Notes: a model not told the origin generated them from the letters alone. 64,000 nucleotides of DNA from Coraliomargaritaceae bacterium (GCA_965657485.1 CBFHPB010000004.1:1947-65946); one strand, 5' to 3'. Counted from the stretch's first letter, positions 44,503 to 55,186 are shown. Numbers and translations: made by a program.

Positions 44503-45456
44503 TTAATGTTGAGTAAGTTTCAGGGAAATCTCTCCGTAGAGTTTTGCCAACTCGGGCATTTCGAGGCCTAGATGACGTCCACGGCGAAGCGGTTCGCCCC
44601 AGATCGACTCGAGCTCGACCGGCTTGCCTGCAAGGTAATCGATTAATGAGGATGGCTTGTAGGCTCCCATTTTCTCGGTAACAGTAAACTGGCCTTCGAT
44701 AAATTCGTCAGAAATCCGGTGCCCTTCAAGTGATGCTGCGGTTCTAACCTCTTCCATCAGTGTACGTGCAGTTTTTACCATTACTGAGCTAGACAATATC
44801 TTGTCCGTCGTCACGCCACCCGCCGCAATAGAGAGGCCATTAAATGGTATATTCCAGCATAGTTTTCTCCAGAGGGCACCGTTTAATTTCACTGCATGTT
44901 TGGTAAAAACGCCCGATTGATTAAAGACGTCAACAACAGCCTTGGTTTCTTCAGGCCAGCAATCATCAAGTGAACCGATCTCAACCCGCCCGGGATGGTA
45001 ATTCTCGACGCATCCAGGTTGCGTTCGATTGACACAGACAAAACAGAGGCCGGCTAGAATTGGGTTATTCGGGAAGTGTCGCCCAAAGAATTCCGCATTA
45101 CCCATTCCGTTTTGCAAGGAGAGGATAACAGTATGACCTGGCTCTACAATATGGGAAAGTGTTTCAATTAGGTCATCATTTACGATAGTCTTTGCCGCGA
45201 CGATTATACAATCAACTGGCCCAAGCTGCCTTGCATCTTCTGAAACAGTTTCTAGTGGCACCTGAATTCGATCGAGGATATCCTTACTTTCAGCGTCAAC
45301 CATCATGATCTGAATGCCATCGCGGACTAGCGCGTTCAGGTCACTTCTGGCTAAAACCGATAGACTGCGCCCCGTATTGGCAATACGGCCTGCATAATAT
45401 AATCCAATCGCTCCTGGGCCTACCACCGCCCACCGTCCTAGATCCAGTGTTTTCAT
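44503..45456 (-). CDS. panE: 2-dehydropantoate 2-reductase (ketopantoate reductase family)
   Basis: VVGPGAIG, SLQNGMG, WRKLCWNIPFN, SSLIDYLAGKPVELE; ATG overlaps the nadB stop. Confidence 0.85.
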   Translation of the reverse strand: MKTLDLGRWAVVGPGAIGLYYAGRIANTGRSLSVLARSDLNALVRDGIQIMMVDAESKDILDRIQVPLETVSEDARQLGPVDCIIVAAKTIVNDDLIETLSHIVEPGHTVILSLQNGMGNAEFFGRHFPNNPILAGLCFVCVNRTQPGCVENYHPGRVEIGSLDDCWPEETKAVVDVFNQSGVFTKHAVKLNGALWRKLCWNIPFNGLSIAAGGVTTDKILSSSVMVKTARTLMEEVRTAASLEGHRISDEFIEGQFTVTEKMGAYKPSSLIDYLAGKPVELESIWGEPLRRGRHLGLEMPELAKLYGEISLKLTQH

Positions 45457-47060
45457 CAAATACGGCAAACCCTGGTGTCATTCAGTTCGGCGACTTTGTC
45501 CGGAAAATCCATAATATAGTGCAAGCCGCGGCTCTCTCGTCGCTGCAGTGCGCAGTCGATGACGAGTGCCGCAACTAGCGTCATGTTTCGTAGTTCCAGT
45601 AAACTCTCATCCACTTTGAAGTTCCAGTAGTACTCGTTGATCTCTCGATCTAGCGTCTGGATACGTGTGCGAGCACGCTCGAGGCGCTTCTTGGTACGCA
45701 CAATACCGACATAGTCCCACATTGTGCGCTTCACTTCATCCCAGTTGTGGAGTAGGACCACGCGCTCATCGGAGTCGCCGAAATTTCCGTCTTTCCAGTC
45801 CGGAAGTTCAATATCAAACGGCGCATTCTCATTCAAAAAATCTACTACGGAATTGGCTCCTCTATTCGCCATGACGACTGCCTCGAGAAGCGAGTTGCTT
45901 GCTAGTCGATTCGCACCATGCAAACCGGTGCAAGCGACTTCACCGCAAGCATAGAGGCCTGAAAGCGAAGTTTTAGCGTCAAGATTGGTCTTCACTCCCC
46001 CGCAAAGATAATGCGCAGCAGGCACGACGGGGATCATATCTTTTTCAGGGGCTATACCTTTATCCTGACAATAAGCATAGATATTGGGGAAGCGTTCATG
46101 CAGATTCTTCAAGCCGATCCCAGAAGCATCCAACCATACATGTCGAGCGCCTGTCCGCTTCATTTCTGAGTCGATGGCACGTGCAACGACATCTCTTGGT
46201 GCCAGTTCCTCACGCTTGTCATATTTAGCCATAAAGGCCTCACCTTCTAAATTCTTAAGAACAGCACCCTCACCACGAATCGCTTCAGTAATCAAAAAAC
46301 GATCTGACGAATCTTTTGAATAAAAGGCTGTCGGGTGGAATTGAATAAACTCCATGTTATGCACCGCAACTCCAGCCCGGTAGGCCATCGCAATGCCATC
46401 TCCCGTCGCGATGAAAGGGTTGGTGGTATATTGGTAAATTTGGCCTATTCCACCGGTCGCCAATAAGACCGAACCGGCGCGGAAGGTTTCAACTGAGCCG
46501 CTTTGTGTATCCAATGCATATAAACCCAAAACTCGATTGAACCCGGGAGCCGACTGACCGCTCATTCGGATCTTCGCGGATGTGATTAACTCCACCGCAA
46601 AATAGTGTTCTAAGGTATCAATATTATCGGAATTTTCTATAGAGTGTAAAAGGGCTTCTTCAATCGCCTTTCCGGTGACATCTCGCACGTGCAGAATTCG
46701 TCGTTTCGAGTGCCCGCCCTCTTTTCCTAGAGAAACACGGCCATCGTCGAGTTGCGAGAAGTCGACACCACGTTTAACTAGTTCATCAATACAGCTAGCA
46801 CCATCCTTTAAGATTTCTCTAACAACTGCCTCATCGCAGAGGCCATCTCCTGCAGTCAGCGTATCGGACACATGCATCTCCACATCATCCGTCTGTGAGG
46901 TCACTGCGGCGATTCCGCCTTGAGCGTAGTTGGTATTAGACTCGGCGGAGTTCTTTTTAGTAATAATAGCCACGCGCTTGCCCGCTTCAGCTACTTTTAA
47001 TGCAAAGCTAAGACCCGCAATGCCGCTGCCAACGACAATAACATCATAGTATTTCGACAT
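45456..47060 (-). CDS. nadB: L-aspartate oxidase
   Basis: VVGSGIAGL, SNTNYAQGGIA, EGGHSKRRILH, EFIQFHPT, LAPRDVVARAI, TGLHGANRLASNSLLE. Confidence 0.96.
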   Translation of the reverse strand: MSKYYDVIVVGSGIAGLSFALKVAEAGKRVAIITKKNSAESNTNYAQGGIAAVTSQTDDVEMHVSDTLTAGDGLCDEAVVREILKDGASCIDELVKRGVDFSQLDDGRVSLGKEGGHSKRRILHVRDVTGKAIEEALLHSIENSDNIDTLEHYFAVELITSAKIRMSGQSAPGFNRVLGLYALDTQSGSVETFRAGSVLLATGGIGQIYQYTTNPFIATGDGIAMAYRAGVAVHNMEFIQFHPTAFYSKDSSDRFLITEAIRGEGAVLKNLEGEAFMAKYDKREELAPRDVVARAIDSEMKRTGARHVWLDASGIGLKNLHERFPNIYAYCQDKGIAPEKDMIPVVPAAHYLCGGVKTNLDAKTSLSGLYACGEVACTGLHGANRLASNSLLEAVVMANRGANSVVDFLNENAPFDIELPDWKDGNFGDSDERVVLLHNWDEVKRTMWDYVGIVRTKKRLERARTRIQTLDREINEYYWNFKVDESLLELRNMTLVAALVIDCALQRRESRGLHYIMDFPDKVAELNDTRVCRI

Positions 47061-47062
47061 GA

Positions 47063-47905
47063 CTATAGCTCGACGTTATCGATCAAGCGAGTTTGGTCTG
47101 CCCAAGCCGCCACACAGAGCAAGTTCTTACCCGGCGAAATTTCACGAGCAGGTTCCATAGTCTCGCGATCTACGACTTGAACGTAAATCACACGCATTCG
47201 CCGCGAAAGCGACAGGTGATGTGTCACTTCAGCAACTATTCGATCTACGCTTCGCGTGCCAGAGTCGACCATCTCTTTGGCAATCAATAATGATTTTGAA
47301 ATGCTCAATGCTTCTCGCCGCTGTGTCTCACTAAGATAAGCGTTTCTGGAACTGGTAGCCATCCCATCGGCGTCACGAAGCGTCGACCCAATCAAGATCT
47401 CCGCTGGAATATTCAGGTCCGTGACCATCTTTCTTATGACGGCACATTGCTGGGCATCCTTCTGTCCGAATACTGCAATATCTGGACGAGTGATGTTGAA
47501 AAGTTTCAGACAAACCGTGGTGACTCCTCTAAAGTGCTGCGGACGTGATATACCACAGAGACCGGCGCTGATGTGCTCTTCGTTGACGTATGTCGAATAG
47601 CCTTCGGGGTACATTTCTGTTACGGAAGGATTGAAGACGATATCAACTCCTCGTTGACGGCATTTTTCAATGTCTTCTTCCAGAACACGCGGGTATTTGT
47701 CAAAATCTTCGCTCGGGCCAAACTGGGTGGGGTTGACAAAAATGGAAACGATGACCTTATCTGCCTTTTCTTTGGCAATATCGATCAACGACAGATGTCC
47801 CTCGTGGAGGCAGCCCATTGTAGGCACCAGTGCTATCAGCTGGCCGCTTGAGCGCATGCCGATGGCAAGTGATTGCATTTCGTTAACCGATTGAATTGTC
47901 TGCAT
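47063..47905 (-). CDS. panC: Pantoate--beta-alanine ligase
   Basis: VPTMGCLHEGH, SIFVNPTQF, RPQHFRGV, FGQKDAQQ, SSRN, RLIDN. Confidence 0.96.
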   Translation of the reverse strand: MQTIQSVNEMQSLAIGMRSSGQLIALVPTMGCLHEGHLSLIDIAKEKADKVIVSIFVNPTQFGPSEDFDKYPRVLEEDIEKCRQRGVDIVFNPSVTEMYPEGYSTYVNEEHISAGLCGISRPQHFRGVTTVCLKLFNITRPDIAVFGQKDAQQCAVIRKMVTDLNIPAEILIGSTLRDADGMATSSRNAYLSETQRREALSISKSLLIAKEMVDSGTRSVDRIVAEVTHHLSLSRRMRVIYVQVVDRETMEPAREISPGKNLLCVAAWADQTRLIDNVEL

Positions 47906-47995
47906 AGCAAAATTTTCTACAGAATAATTGTTATCTCATAGATTTCACAATCATAAACAAATATCAACCAACACTAAACAAGATATCACTATCCA

Positions 47996-49240
47996 ATGAG
48001 CGACCCTTACATCCAGGAACTCTTTGCTGAGCGAATCGGCGGCAATCAATACGGCAAATCGACAGCAATCTATAAATTTGAAAAGATCAAACGCGCCAAG
48101 AATGCAGCCAAAGCGGCCAATCCGGACGTCGACCTGATCGATATGGGCGTTGGAGAACCAGATGAGATGGCCTTCCCTATCGTGGTCAAAACGCTTCAAG
48201 AGGAGGCCGCAAAACCAGAAAACCGCGGCTATGCCGACAATGGAGGCGCCGAATTCAAAACAGCCGCCGCAAAATATATGGCTGATGTTTTTGGTGTGAC
48301 AGGGATCGACGCAAGCACAGAAATTGTTCACTCGATCGGCTCGAAGACAGCACTTTCCATGGTCCCTGCCTGTTTTATAAATCCGGGCGATTATGTTTTG
48401 ATGACAGTACCTGGTTATCCAGTTCTAGGAACTCATGCAAAATATCTCGGCGGCCACGTTTACAATATGGAGTTGCGTGAGGAAAACGGCTTCTTGCCAG
48501 ATCTTGATGCCATTCCATCTGATGTGATCGAAAAGGCAAAAATCATGGTGCTGAACTACCCGAACAATCCAACTGGTGCATCCGCAACCCTCGAGTTCTT
48601 CGAGAAAGCCGTTAAATTCGCAAAGGAAAACAACCTCATTATTCTTCAGGATGCTGCTTATGCTTCCTTGATTTTTGAAGGCAGTCCGATCTCAATTTTT
48701 CAAGTGCCCGGCGCAAAGGAAGTCGCCATCGAACTTCACTCTCTATCAAAGAGCTACAATATGACTGGCTGGCGGTTAGGCTTCGTGGTCGGAAACCCAC
48801 TCATCGTTCAAGCTTATGCGGACATGAAGGACAATTCCGACTCCGGCCAATTTTTAGCGATCCAAAAGGCTGGAGCAGCGGCTCTGCAAAATCCTCAGAT
48901 TACAGAGGAGATTGCTTCAAAGTATTCACGCCGAATGGACCTGCTTGTTGATGCGCTTAATCAGAATGGTTTCAATGCGAAGAAACCTAAGGGAAGCTTC
49001 TTTCTCTATGTCACCGCACCTAAGTCAGCAACTGTCAATGACACCACAACTGATTTTCACTCTGGTGAGGACTTTAGCCAATGGCTAATCACTAATGAGT
49101 TGATCAGCACAGTGCCCTGGGATGATTGCGGTAACTTTGTCCGCTTTTCGGTGACCTTTGCCGCCAAGGGCGAAGATAAGGAAAAGGAAATTGTCGCGGA
49201 GATCGCTCAGCGTCTTGCAAAATACCAATTCAAATTCTGA
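47996..49240 (+). CDS. dapL: LL-diaminopimelate aminotransferase (class I PLP)
   Basis: FAERIGG..YKFEKIKRAK N-terminus, LNYPNNPTG, QDAAY, SLSKSYNMTGWR. Confidence 0.85.
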   Translation: MSDPYIQELFAERIGGNQYGKSTAIYKFEKIKRAKNAAKAANPDVDLIDMGVGEPDEMAFPIVVKTLQEEAAKPENRGYADNGGAEFKTAAAKYMADVFGVTGIDASTEIVHSIGSKTALSMVPACFINPGDYVLMTVPGYPVLGTHAKYLGGHVYNMELREENGFLPDLDAIPSDVIEKAKIMVLNYPNNPTGASATLEFFEKAVKFAKENNLIILQDAAYASLIFEGSPISIFQVPGAKEVAIELHSLSKSYNMTGWRLGFVVGNPLIVQAYADMKDNSDSGQFLAIQKAGAAALQNPQITEEIASKYSRRMDLLVDALNQNGFNAKKPKGSFFLYVTAPKSATVNDTTTDFHSGEDFSQWLITNELISTVPWDDCGNFVRFSVTFAAKGEDKEKEIVAEIAQRLAKYQFKF

Positions 49241-49248
49241 TTCCAGGA

Positions 49249-49590
49249 ATGCGATGGTTTCAAGCGAAAGGCCGTCTAGCTCAAACTGGACGGCCTTTTT
49301 GCGGGAAACATGCCTGCTTAGATCTACTTGCTGTTCCAGTTGTTGATCGTTGCCCCGATTTATGGATTTGTGATGATTGTATCCATAACGGTAGCAAGGC
49401 AGCCCTATCAGGTGATCTTTACCGTATGCGTTGGCACTCGCCTCAAGTGGATCAGTCATATAGACAAAGGTATTCTGGCAATTCAGTATTGCTGATGTAT
49501 GCAGTAGCCTGTCTTTTCGGGCCCGCATTTGATTCCATTGTAGGCAAGATTCACTTGCCCAACCAGCCCCATAAGTCACCCTCTACTTAA
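49249..49590 (+). other. Uncertain ORF with a degenerate ClpX-type C4 zinc-finger-like motif
   Basis: RPFCGK...LWICDDCI resembles CxFCGK...YICDEC, with the first Cys missing. Confidence 0.3.
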
Positions 49591-49625
49591 TGCAGAGCAC
49601 CATAGTATCATCTACTGAATCTATT

Positions 49626-51107
49626 ATGAAAAAAAACCTCCCCATCTTAAATCGGCGTCAATTTCTCAAGACATCGGCTGCATTCAGTGCTTTCACAATT
49701 GTCCCTTCCTATGTTGTACTGGGAAATAAATCCACGACAGGCACCGCACCCAGCGAAAGAGTTAACATAGCCTCAATCGGAATCGGCAATCGTGGAGGAG
49801 GTGTACTCCAGTCGATGTATAGCACTGGCCTGTGCAATATTGTTGCACTGTGCGACATCGACATGGGCTCTCCTCACACTCATAAAGGCCGCTACCGTTT
49901 CGGCCTCACCGATAAGAATCCAGGTCCGCAAAATGGTAAGAATATCGAGCGCGCACCCAACAAAGCGCGAGGTTTCACTGATTTCCGCAAGATGTTTGAT
50001 GAGATGTCCGATGAGATTGATGCGGTTATTGTTTGTACGCCGGACCACTCTCACTTTGCAGCCTCCATGCTGGCGATGTCCCTCGGTAAACACGTCTATG
50101 TCGAAAAGCCACTTGCGCACACATTCGGGCAAGCCGCTCGCATGATTGATCTCGCCAAACGTTCAGGGGTATCCACGCAGATGGGCAATCAGGGACACTC
50201 CGGTGCAAATTACTTTCAGTTTAAGGCGTGGACCGAAGCTGGAGTCATCTCGGATGTAACTCGCATCAAGTCCTACATGAATAGTCCGCGTCGCTGGCAC
50301 GGTTGGGGGCAAGACACGACAGGTTACCCTGCAGATCCGAAACCAGACTACATTGATTGGGAACAATGGCACGATACCATAGCCGCTAAAATACCGTTCA
50401 GTAAGAGGATGCACCCCGCTGAATGGCGCAGTTGGTATACGACTGGAAGTGGAGCCTTTGGAGATTGGGGCCCACATATTTTGGACACGTGTCACAGATT
50501 TTTGAAGCTCGGCTTACCACATACAATCACTGCTGACATGCTTGAAGGTGCCAACGACTTTGTCTACCCTCAGGCTTCGACCATTCGCTTCAATTTCGCT
50601 GAACGAGGTCCCGGCCTGCCCGCTTGCGAGGTGACTTGGCAGGACGGCATTAACAATAAACCTGTCCTTGAAGAGAAATACTTTAACAAAGAAGAAGATA
50701 AAGCGTCTGGAATATCAAAACTAGTCACGCCAAAGCTCGGTGGGGCAGGAAAAATTATTTATGCCAAGGATACAGTGTTTCAGGGCGCTTCACATTCAAG
50801 CGTACTCACAATGCTTCCGAAAGAGAAGTATTTGGATATGCGTCGATCTTTACCGAAATTCTCTCAAAAGAATACAAATCACTCTGAGAACTTCCTACTA
50901 AGTTGCAAAGGCGAGGAAGCGTCTCGCTCTCCTTTTCACATTAGTGGCGAACTCTGCCAGGTGTTCAACCTTGGAATGATCGCGCAACGTCTTGGAGGTG
51001 AGCTTAAATTTGACACCAAGACTCAGACTATCACCAACAACAATGCAGCGCAGGCGCTCCTCGACCCAGCACCACGCAAGGGATGGGAAGAGTTCTATAA
51101 AATGTAA
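49626..51107 (+). CDS. Tat-exported Gfo/Idh/MocA oxidoreductase
   Basis: NRRQFLK signal; IASIGIGNRG, TPDHSH, VYVEKPL, FGDWGPHILD. Confidence 0.9.
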   Translation: MKKNLPILNRRQFLKTSAAFSAFTIVPSYVVLGNKSTTGTAPSERVNIASIGIGNRGGGVLQSMYSTGLCNIVALCDIDMGSPHTHKGRYRFGLTDKNPGPQNGKNIERAPNKARGFTDFRKMFDEMSDEIDAVIVCTPDHSHFAASMLAMSLGKHVYVEKPLAHTFGQAARMIDLAKRSGVSTQMGNQGHSGANYFQFKAWTEAGVISDVTRIKSYMNSPRRWHGWGQDTTGYPADPKPDYIDWEQWHDTIAAKIPFSKRMHPAEWRSWYTTGSGAFGDWGPHILDTCHRFLKLGLPHTITADMLEGANDFVYPQASTIRFNFAERGPGLPACEVTWQDGINNKPVLEEKYFNKEEDKASGISKLVTPKLGGAGKIIYAKDTVFQGASHSSVLTMLPKEKYLDMRRSLPKFSQKNTNHSENFLLSCKGEEASRSPFHISGELCQVFNLGMIAQRLGGELKFDTKTQTITNNNAAQALLDPAPRKGWEEFYKM

Positions 51108-51126
51108 AACATGAGTCTTTTTGATT

Positions 51127-52449
51127 ATGAATTTATTACGTTATTCCCTACTCGCGACCTTCTCGGTTTGTCTCTGCTCTGCTAACCAAGTCTCGGACAG
51201 TCAGCAAAAATGGGTTAAGCACTACGCAAAGCAAAAGAATATTGTGCCCCCCACTGAAGCACTCATTCAATCGGATGCCGAACCCGATTTCCGCGAAGGC
51301 TTCGTTTCACTTTACAACGGTAAGGACCTCTCAGGTTGGACACCACTAGGCGGCCACTGCACCTTTGAGGCCTCCGGCGATTCTATCGTCGGAACTTGTG
51401 TGCCGGGTTCGCCCAGCACATATCTCTCTACAGACAGAAATGACTATACCGACTTCATCTTCACTGCTGAAGTAAAATGGGAAGTCGATGGCAATAGCGG
51501 TATCATGTTTCGTGCATCTAGCCGTAAAGGGAGTAGTGGAAACGAAATTGTTTACGGCCCACAATGTGAGATGGAAGGCTTCTCACAGGATCGTGGCTGG
51601 TCTGGTGGTATTTATGGGCAATCGGCAGGAGCTTGGTTCTACCCGCTGTGGCTGGATGCCCACGAGGAAGCGCGCAAGGCGCTGAAGAAAGATCAGTGGA
51701 ATCGAATTACGATTCAAGCGATCGGTAAAGACATAAAGACTTGGATCAATGGCGTGCCCGCTGCCCACTGGATCGACGAGGAATTCGGAGAGGGATTTTT
51801 TAGCCTACAAGTGCATTCCGGTAAGCAGGGCAAAATTCATTTCAGAAATATTAAGGTAAAAGAGATCGATGCAGGCTATGAAGACCTATTCGCAAGTGGT
51901 GACTTTTCCAAATGGACAACAGTAGACGGCTATCCGGTGACTCGATGGACAATAGAAAAAGGCGTTGTCGAACGCCCAAAAATCAATTTCGGTGACACAT
52001 TCCCTGGCTCAATCATCACGAAAGCAGATTATAAAGATTTCGATCTCAAATTTGAATGGAAGATTAGCAAGGGTGGCAATTCTGGCGTGAAATATCGTAC
52101 CGATGGCCATCTAGGCCTAGAGTATCAAATTCTCGACGATGGAGTTCATAGAGATATCAATCTGTCCGCGGGTATCTACGCACTGGTTTCAGCTAGAGAC
52201 GACAAGCCTTACAACCCTGGCGGACAATGGAACTCAGGTCGTATTATGGTGAAAGGTGATCGCGTTGAGCACTACATTAATGGAGAGAAAGTAGCCGAAG
52301 TATTAATCGGTAGCGAGGACTGGGTCGAACGTTTCAAAAAGAGCAAATATAAGAAGCACGAAGGCTTCGGCACATGGACCGGACCGATCTACTTACAGGA
52401 TCATAGCGATCCGGTTGCCTTTCGTAACGTTCGCATAAAGGAGCTGTAA
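51127..52449 (+). CDS. Secreted tandem DUF1080 protein (two domains)
   Basis: Signal peptide; domain 1 LYNGKDLSGW..GNSGIMFR..FRNIKVK; domain 2 GGNSGVKYR..EYQILDD..LQDHSDPVAFRNVRIKEL. Confidence 0.9.
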   Translation: MNLLRYSLLATFSVCLCSANQVSDSQQKWVKHYAKQKNIVPPTEALIQSDAEPDFREGFVSLYNGKDLSGWTPLGGHCTFEASGDSIVGTCVPGSPSTYLSTDRNDYTDFIFTAEVKWEVDGNSGIMFRASSRKGSSGNEIVYGPQCEMEGFSQDRGWSGGIYGQSAGAWFYPLWLDAHEEARKALKKDQWNRITIQAIGKDIKTWINGVPAAHWIDEEFGEGFFSLQVHSGKQGKIHFRNIKVKEIDAGYEDLFASGDFSKWTTVDGYPVTRWTIEKGVVERPKINFGDTFPGSIITKADYKDFDLKFEWKISKGGNSGVKYRTDGHLGLEYQILDDGVHRDINLSAGIYALVSARDDKPYNPGGQWNSGRIMVKGDRVEHYINGEKVAEVLIGSEDWVERFKKSKYKKHEGFGTWTGPIYLQDHSDPVAFRNVRIKEL

Positions 52450-52488
52450 GCTTTTACCATTAATTTCCCCTCACCTTACTGTCGTTAA

Positions 52489-54117
52489 ATGAGTCAGCAA
52501 AACCTCGACAAATTACTACTAGAAGCCGAAAATAGAGGTTGCACAGGAAAGTTACTAACTTACGCACGCCTATCCGGCCCCGGTTGGGTGCAAGCCGCTG
52601 TCACACTCGGAGGGGGGTCACTCGTAGGGGCACTATACCTAGGCGTCATCGGTGGCTATCAATTCATGTGGCTTCAGCCCCTTGCAATGCTTTGCGGGGT
52701 CATCATGCTTTCTGCTATTTCTTTCGTAACACTCTCATCCGATGAGAGGCCATTTATTATCGTAAAGAAGAACATCTCTCCAACACTGGCATGGGGTTGG
52801 CTCGTAGCCACGGTCATAGCAAACATAGTCTTTTGCTCCGCCCAGTTCGCGCTGGGCACCGATGCGGCACAAAACAACCTTAGCATCCTGCCTAGTTTAG
52901 AGCAGCCATACTTGATAACGGCAGTATTTGCGATTGGTAGCCTTGGCCTACTCTGGCTATCTAGGCAAGGAGGTGCAGCTTCGAAGTTAATTGATAATGT
53001 TTTAAAGGCACTTGTGGCAGTCGTTGTATGCGCGTTCATGGGTGTTGTCGTCGTGCTCGCCTCAAAAGGTGCCATCGAATGGGGAGCTCTATTCAAAGGA
53101 CTCATCCCCGATTTTAGCGCCCTCTTCAAACCTACCAGCACCTACAGTGATGCCATCGCGGCGACCGGGAGCAGCTCGGAATTTTGGACTACATACATCG
53201 CAAACAATCAGCGTAATGTAATCATCGGCGCCTTCGGCTCGGCAGTTGGCATCAACATGACCTTTCTGCTGCCCTACAGCCTCAAGGCAAAGGGTTGGGG
53301 CAAACGACATCTCACACTCTCTCGCTACGACCTGTTCCTGGGGCTTTTTGTGCCATTCATACTAGCCACTTCGTTCTTGGTGATAGCGACCTCATCACAG
53401 TTTCATGCACGCGCGAACGGCGTTCACTCTGAAGCAGCCTATCAAAAGGTAATCGACTCACGACTAGCTTCCACTCATGTCGACTATGCGAGTTTACCAG
53501 ACGACGAGAAAATTCTTCTTAGAGAGGCACTGCCACAAGCTGACCAGGACATGGGCGTCATGCTAGCGAAACGAAATGCCAAAGATCTTGCTAGTTCACT
53601 TGAACCTTTCTTAGGCAAAAATGCCCAGCTCATCTTCGGCGTAGGCGTGCTTGCGATGGCGCTTAGCACAATGATCGTCCATATGGTGATGAATGGCTAT
53701 GCCATTTCAGAGGCATTTGGTAAGCCTGGCGCTAAAGGTATCTTTATGATGGGAGCGGCCATGCCCGCGCTCACTGGGTTCCTTTCCCCGATTCTTTGGA
53801 GCGGTCAGACAAAAACCGCTCTGGTAGTTCCCGCAGCAGTCATCGCGACAACCCTACTCCCAATTGCTTACGTCATCTTCATACTTTTGATGAATTCGAA
53901 GAAAGCCCTTGGTCCTGAGCTACCGAAGAAGCGTGGTCTGATTAATGCACTGATGCTACTGGCAACAGCTGTCGCATCTTTCGCCTCGGTTTGGAGTCTC
54001 GTAGGCAAAGCTTCTACAGGCGGTACAACTGGCATTCAAGGCATCGTTGGCCTCATCATGCTTCCGGTATTACTGCTCGTCGGCATGCTAGGATTCCTCA
54101 AGCGCAACCGAGCCTAA
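52489..54117 (+). CDS. Nramp-fold membrane transporter lacking the DPGN metal motif
   Basis: GPGWVQAAVTLGGGSLVGALYLGVIGGYQFMW aligns without gaps to Nramp TM1; about 11 hydrophobic segments. Confidence 0.75.
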   Translation: MSQQNLDKLLLEAENRGCTGKLLTYARLSGPGWVQAAVTLGGGSLVGALYLGVIGGYQFMWLQPLAMLCGVIMLSAISFVTLSSDERPFIIVKKNISPTLAWGWLVATVIANIVFCSAQFALGTDAAQNNLSILPSLEQPYLITAVFAIGSLGLLWLSRQGGAASKLIDNVLKALVAVVVCAFMGVVVVLASKGAIEWGALFKGLIPDFSALFKPTSTYSDAIAATGSSSEFWTTYIANNQRNVIIGAFGSAVGINMTFLLPYSLKAKGWGKRHLTLSRYDLFLGLFVPFILATSFLVIATSSQFHARANGVHSEAAYQKVIDSRLASTHVDYASLPDDEKILLREALPQADQDMGVMLAKRNAKDLASSLEPFLGKNAQLIFGVGVLAMALSTMIVHMVMNGYAISEAFGKPGAKGIFMMGAAMPALTGFLSPILWSGQTKTALVVPAAVIATTLLPIAYVIFILLMNSKKALGPELPKKRGLINALMLLATAVASFASVWSLVGKASTGGTTGIQGIVGLIMLPVLLLVGMLGFLKRNRA

Positions 54118-54139
54118 TACTTATGTGCAAATACAAAAT

Positions 54140-55186
54140 ATGAAATTTGGAATTATAGGAACCGGCATGATTGGCGGTTTTCACGCAAAAGCAATTGCAG
54201 CGATGGAAGGCGGCACACTCGGAGGCGTTGCTAATAGAGTATTTGAACGCTCACAGGCATTCGCGGATCAGTACAACACTCGTGCTTACGAGTCTGTCGA
54301 TGCGATGCTCACCGATCCGGAAATAGATATTGTTACGATCGGTACACCTTCCGGCGCGCACTTGGAACCAGCCATGGCTGCTATCGAAGCGGGCAAGCAC
54401 GTCGTCATTGAAAAGCCACTGGAAATTACGACCGAACGCATCGATCAGATGGTTGATGCTGCAAAAGCAAAAGGCGTGACCATCGCGGCGGTTCTCAATC
54501 GTCGTTTTCACCCGGGAATGGACGCTTTCAAAAAGGCGGCCGACGCGGGTCGTTTTGGCAAGCTAACCTCTGCCTCGGCTTATGTTAAGTGGTATCGAGA
54601 CCAAGCCTATTATAATTCAGCTGGTTGGCGTGGTACTTGGGCACTCGATGGGGGCGGCGCTCTCATGAATCAGTCGATTCACACGATCGATGCACTACTT
54701 TACCTCGCTGGGCCGGTTAAGTCCGTCCAAGCCAACACTGCCTGTCTCGCTCATACCGATATCGAAGTCGAAGACATCGCTGTAGCCATTATCGAGTTCG
54801 AAAATGGTGCAAGAGGCGTCATTGAAGGCAGCACCTGCACTTGGTCCAAGGATGGCCACCCTTCACGCGTGCAACTCGCTGGCACCGAGGGTTCCGTATT
54901 TCTTGCCGATGAAGCCTTCGAAATCTGGGATTTCATGAATGAGAACGATGAAGACGAACAAGTCCGGGCTCAATTTATGAAAGGTGCTGAAGCTGGACTG
55001 GGAGCGAACGACCCTAGCGCGATCAATTTCTATCAGCATCAGCGCAATTTTGAGGAAGTGGTTAACGCCATCAACGAGGGTCGGGAACCTAACACCAATG
55101 CGGCTGAAGCACGAAAAAGCGTTGAATTGATTCAAGCAATTTACACATCTGCCAAGAATGACGGCCAAAAGGTAACGCTGAGCTAG
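54140..55186 (+). CDS. Cytoplasmic Gfo/Idh/MocA oxidoreductase
   Basis: FGIIGTGMIG, TPSGAH, VVIEKPL, WRGTWALDGGGALMNQSIHTID. Confidence 0.92.
   Translation: MKFGIIGTGMIGGFHAKAIAAMEGGTLGGVANRVFERSQAFADQYNTRAYESVDAMLTDPEIDIVTIGTPSGAHLEPAMAAIEAGKHVVIEKPLEITTERIDQMVDAAKAKGVTIAAVLNRRFHPGMDAFKKAADAGRFGKLTSASAYVKWYRDQAYYNSAGWRGTWALDGGGALMNQSIHTIDALLYLAGPVKSVQANTACLAHTDIEVEDIAVAIIEFENGARGVIEGSTCTWSKDGHPSRVQLAGTEGSVFLADEAFEIWDFMNENDEDEQVRAQFMKGAEAGLGANDPSAINFYQHQRNFEEVVNAINEGREPNTNAAEARKSVELIQAIYTSAKNDGQKVTLS

Noticed and set aside
49085-49579. 164-aa minus-strand ORF overlapping the dapL end
   Set aside because: Overlaps dapL antisense; no motif or coding-like composition.
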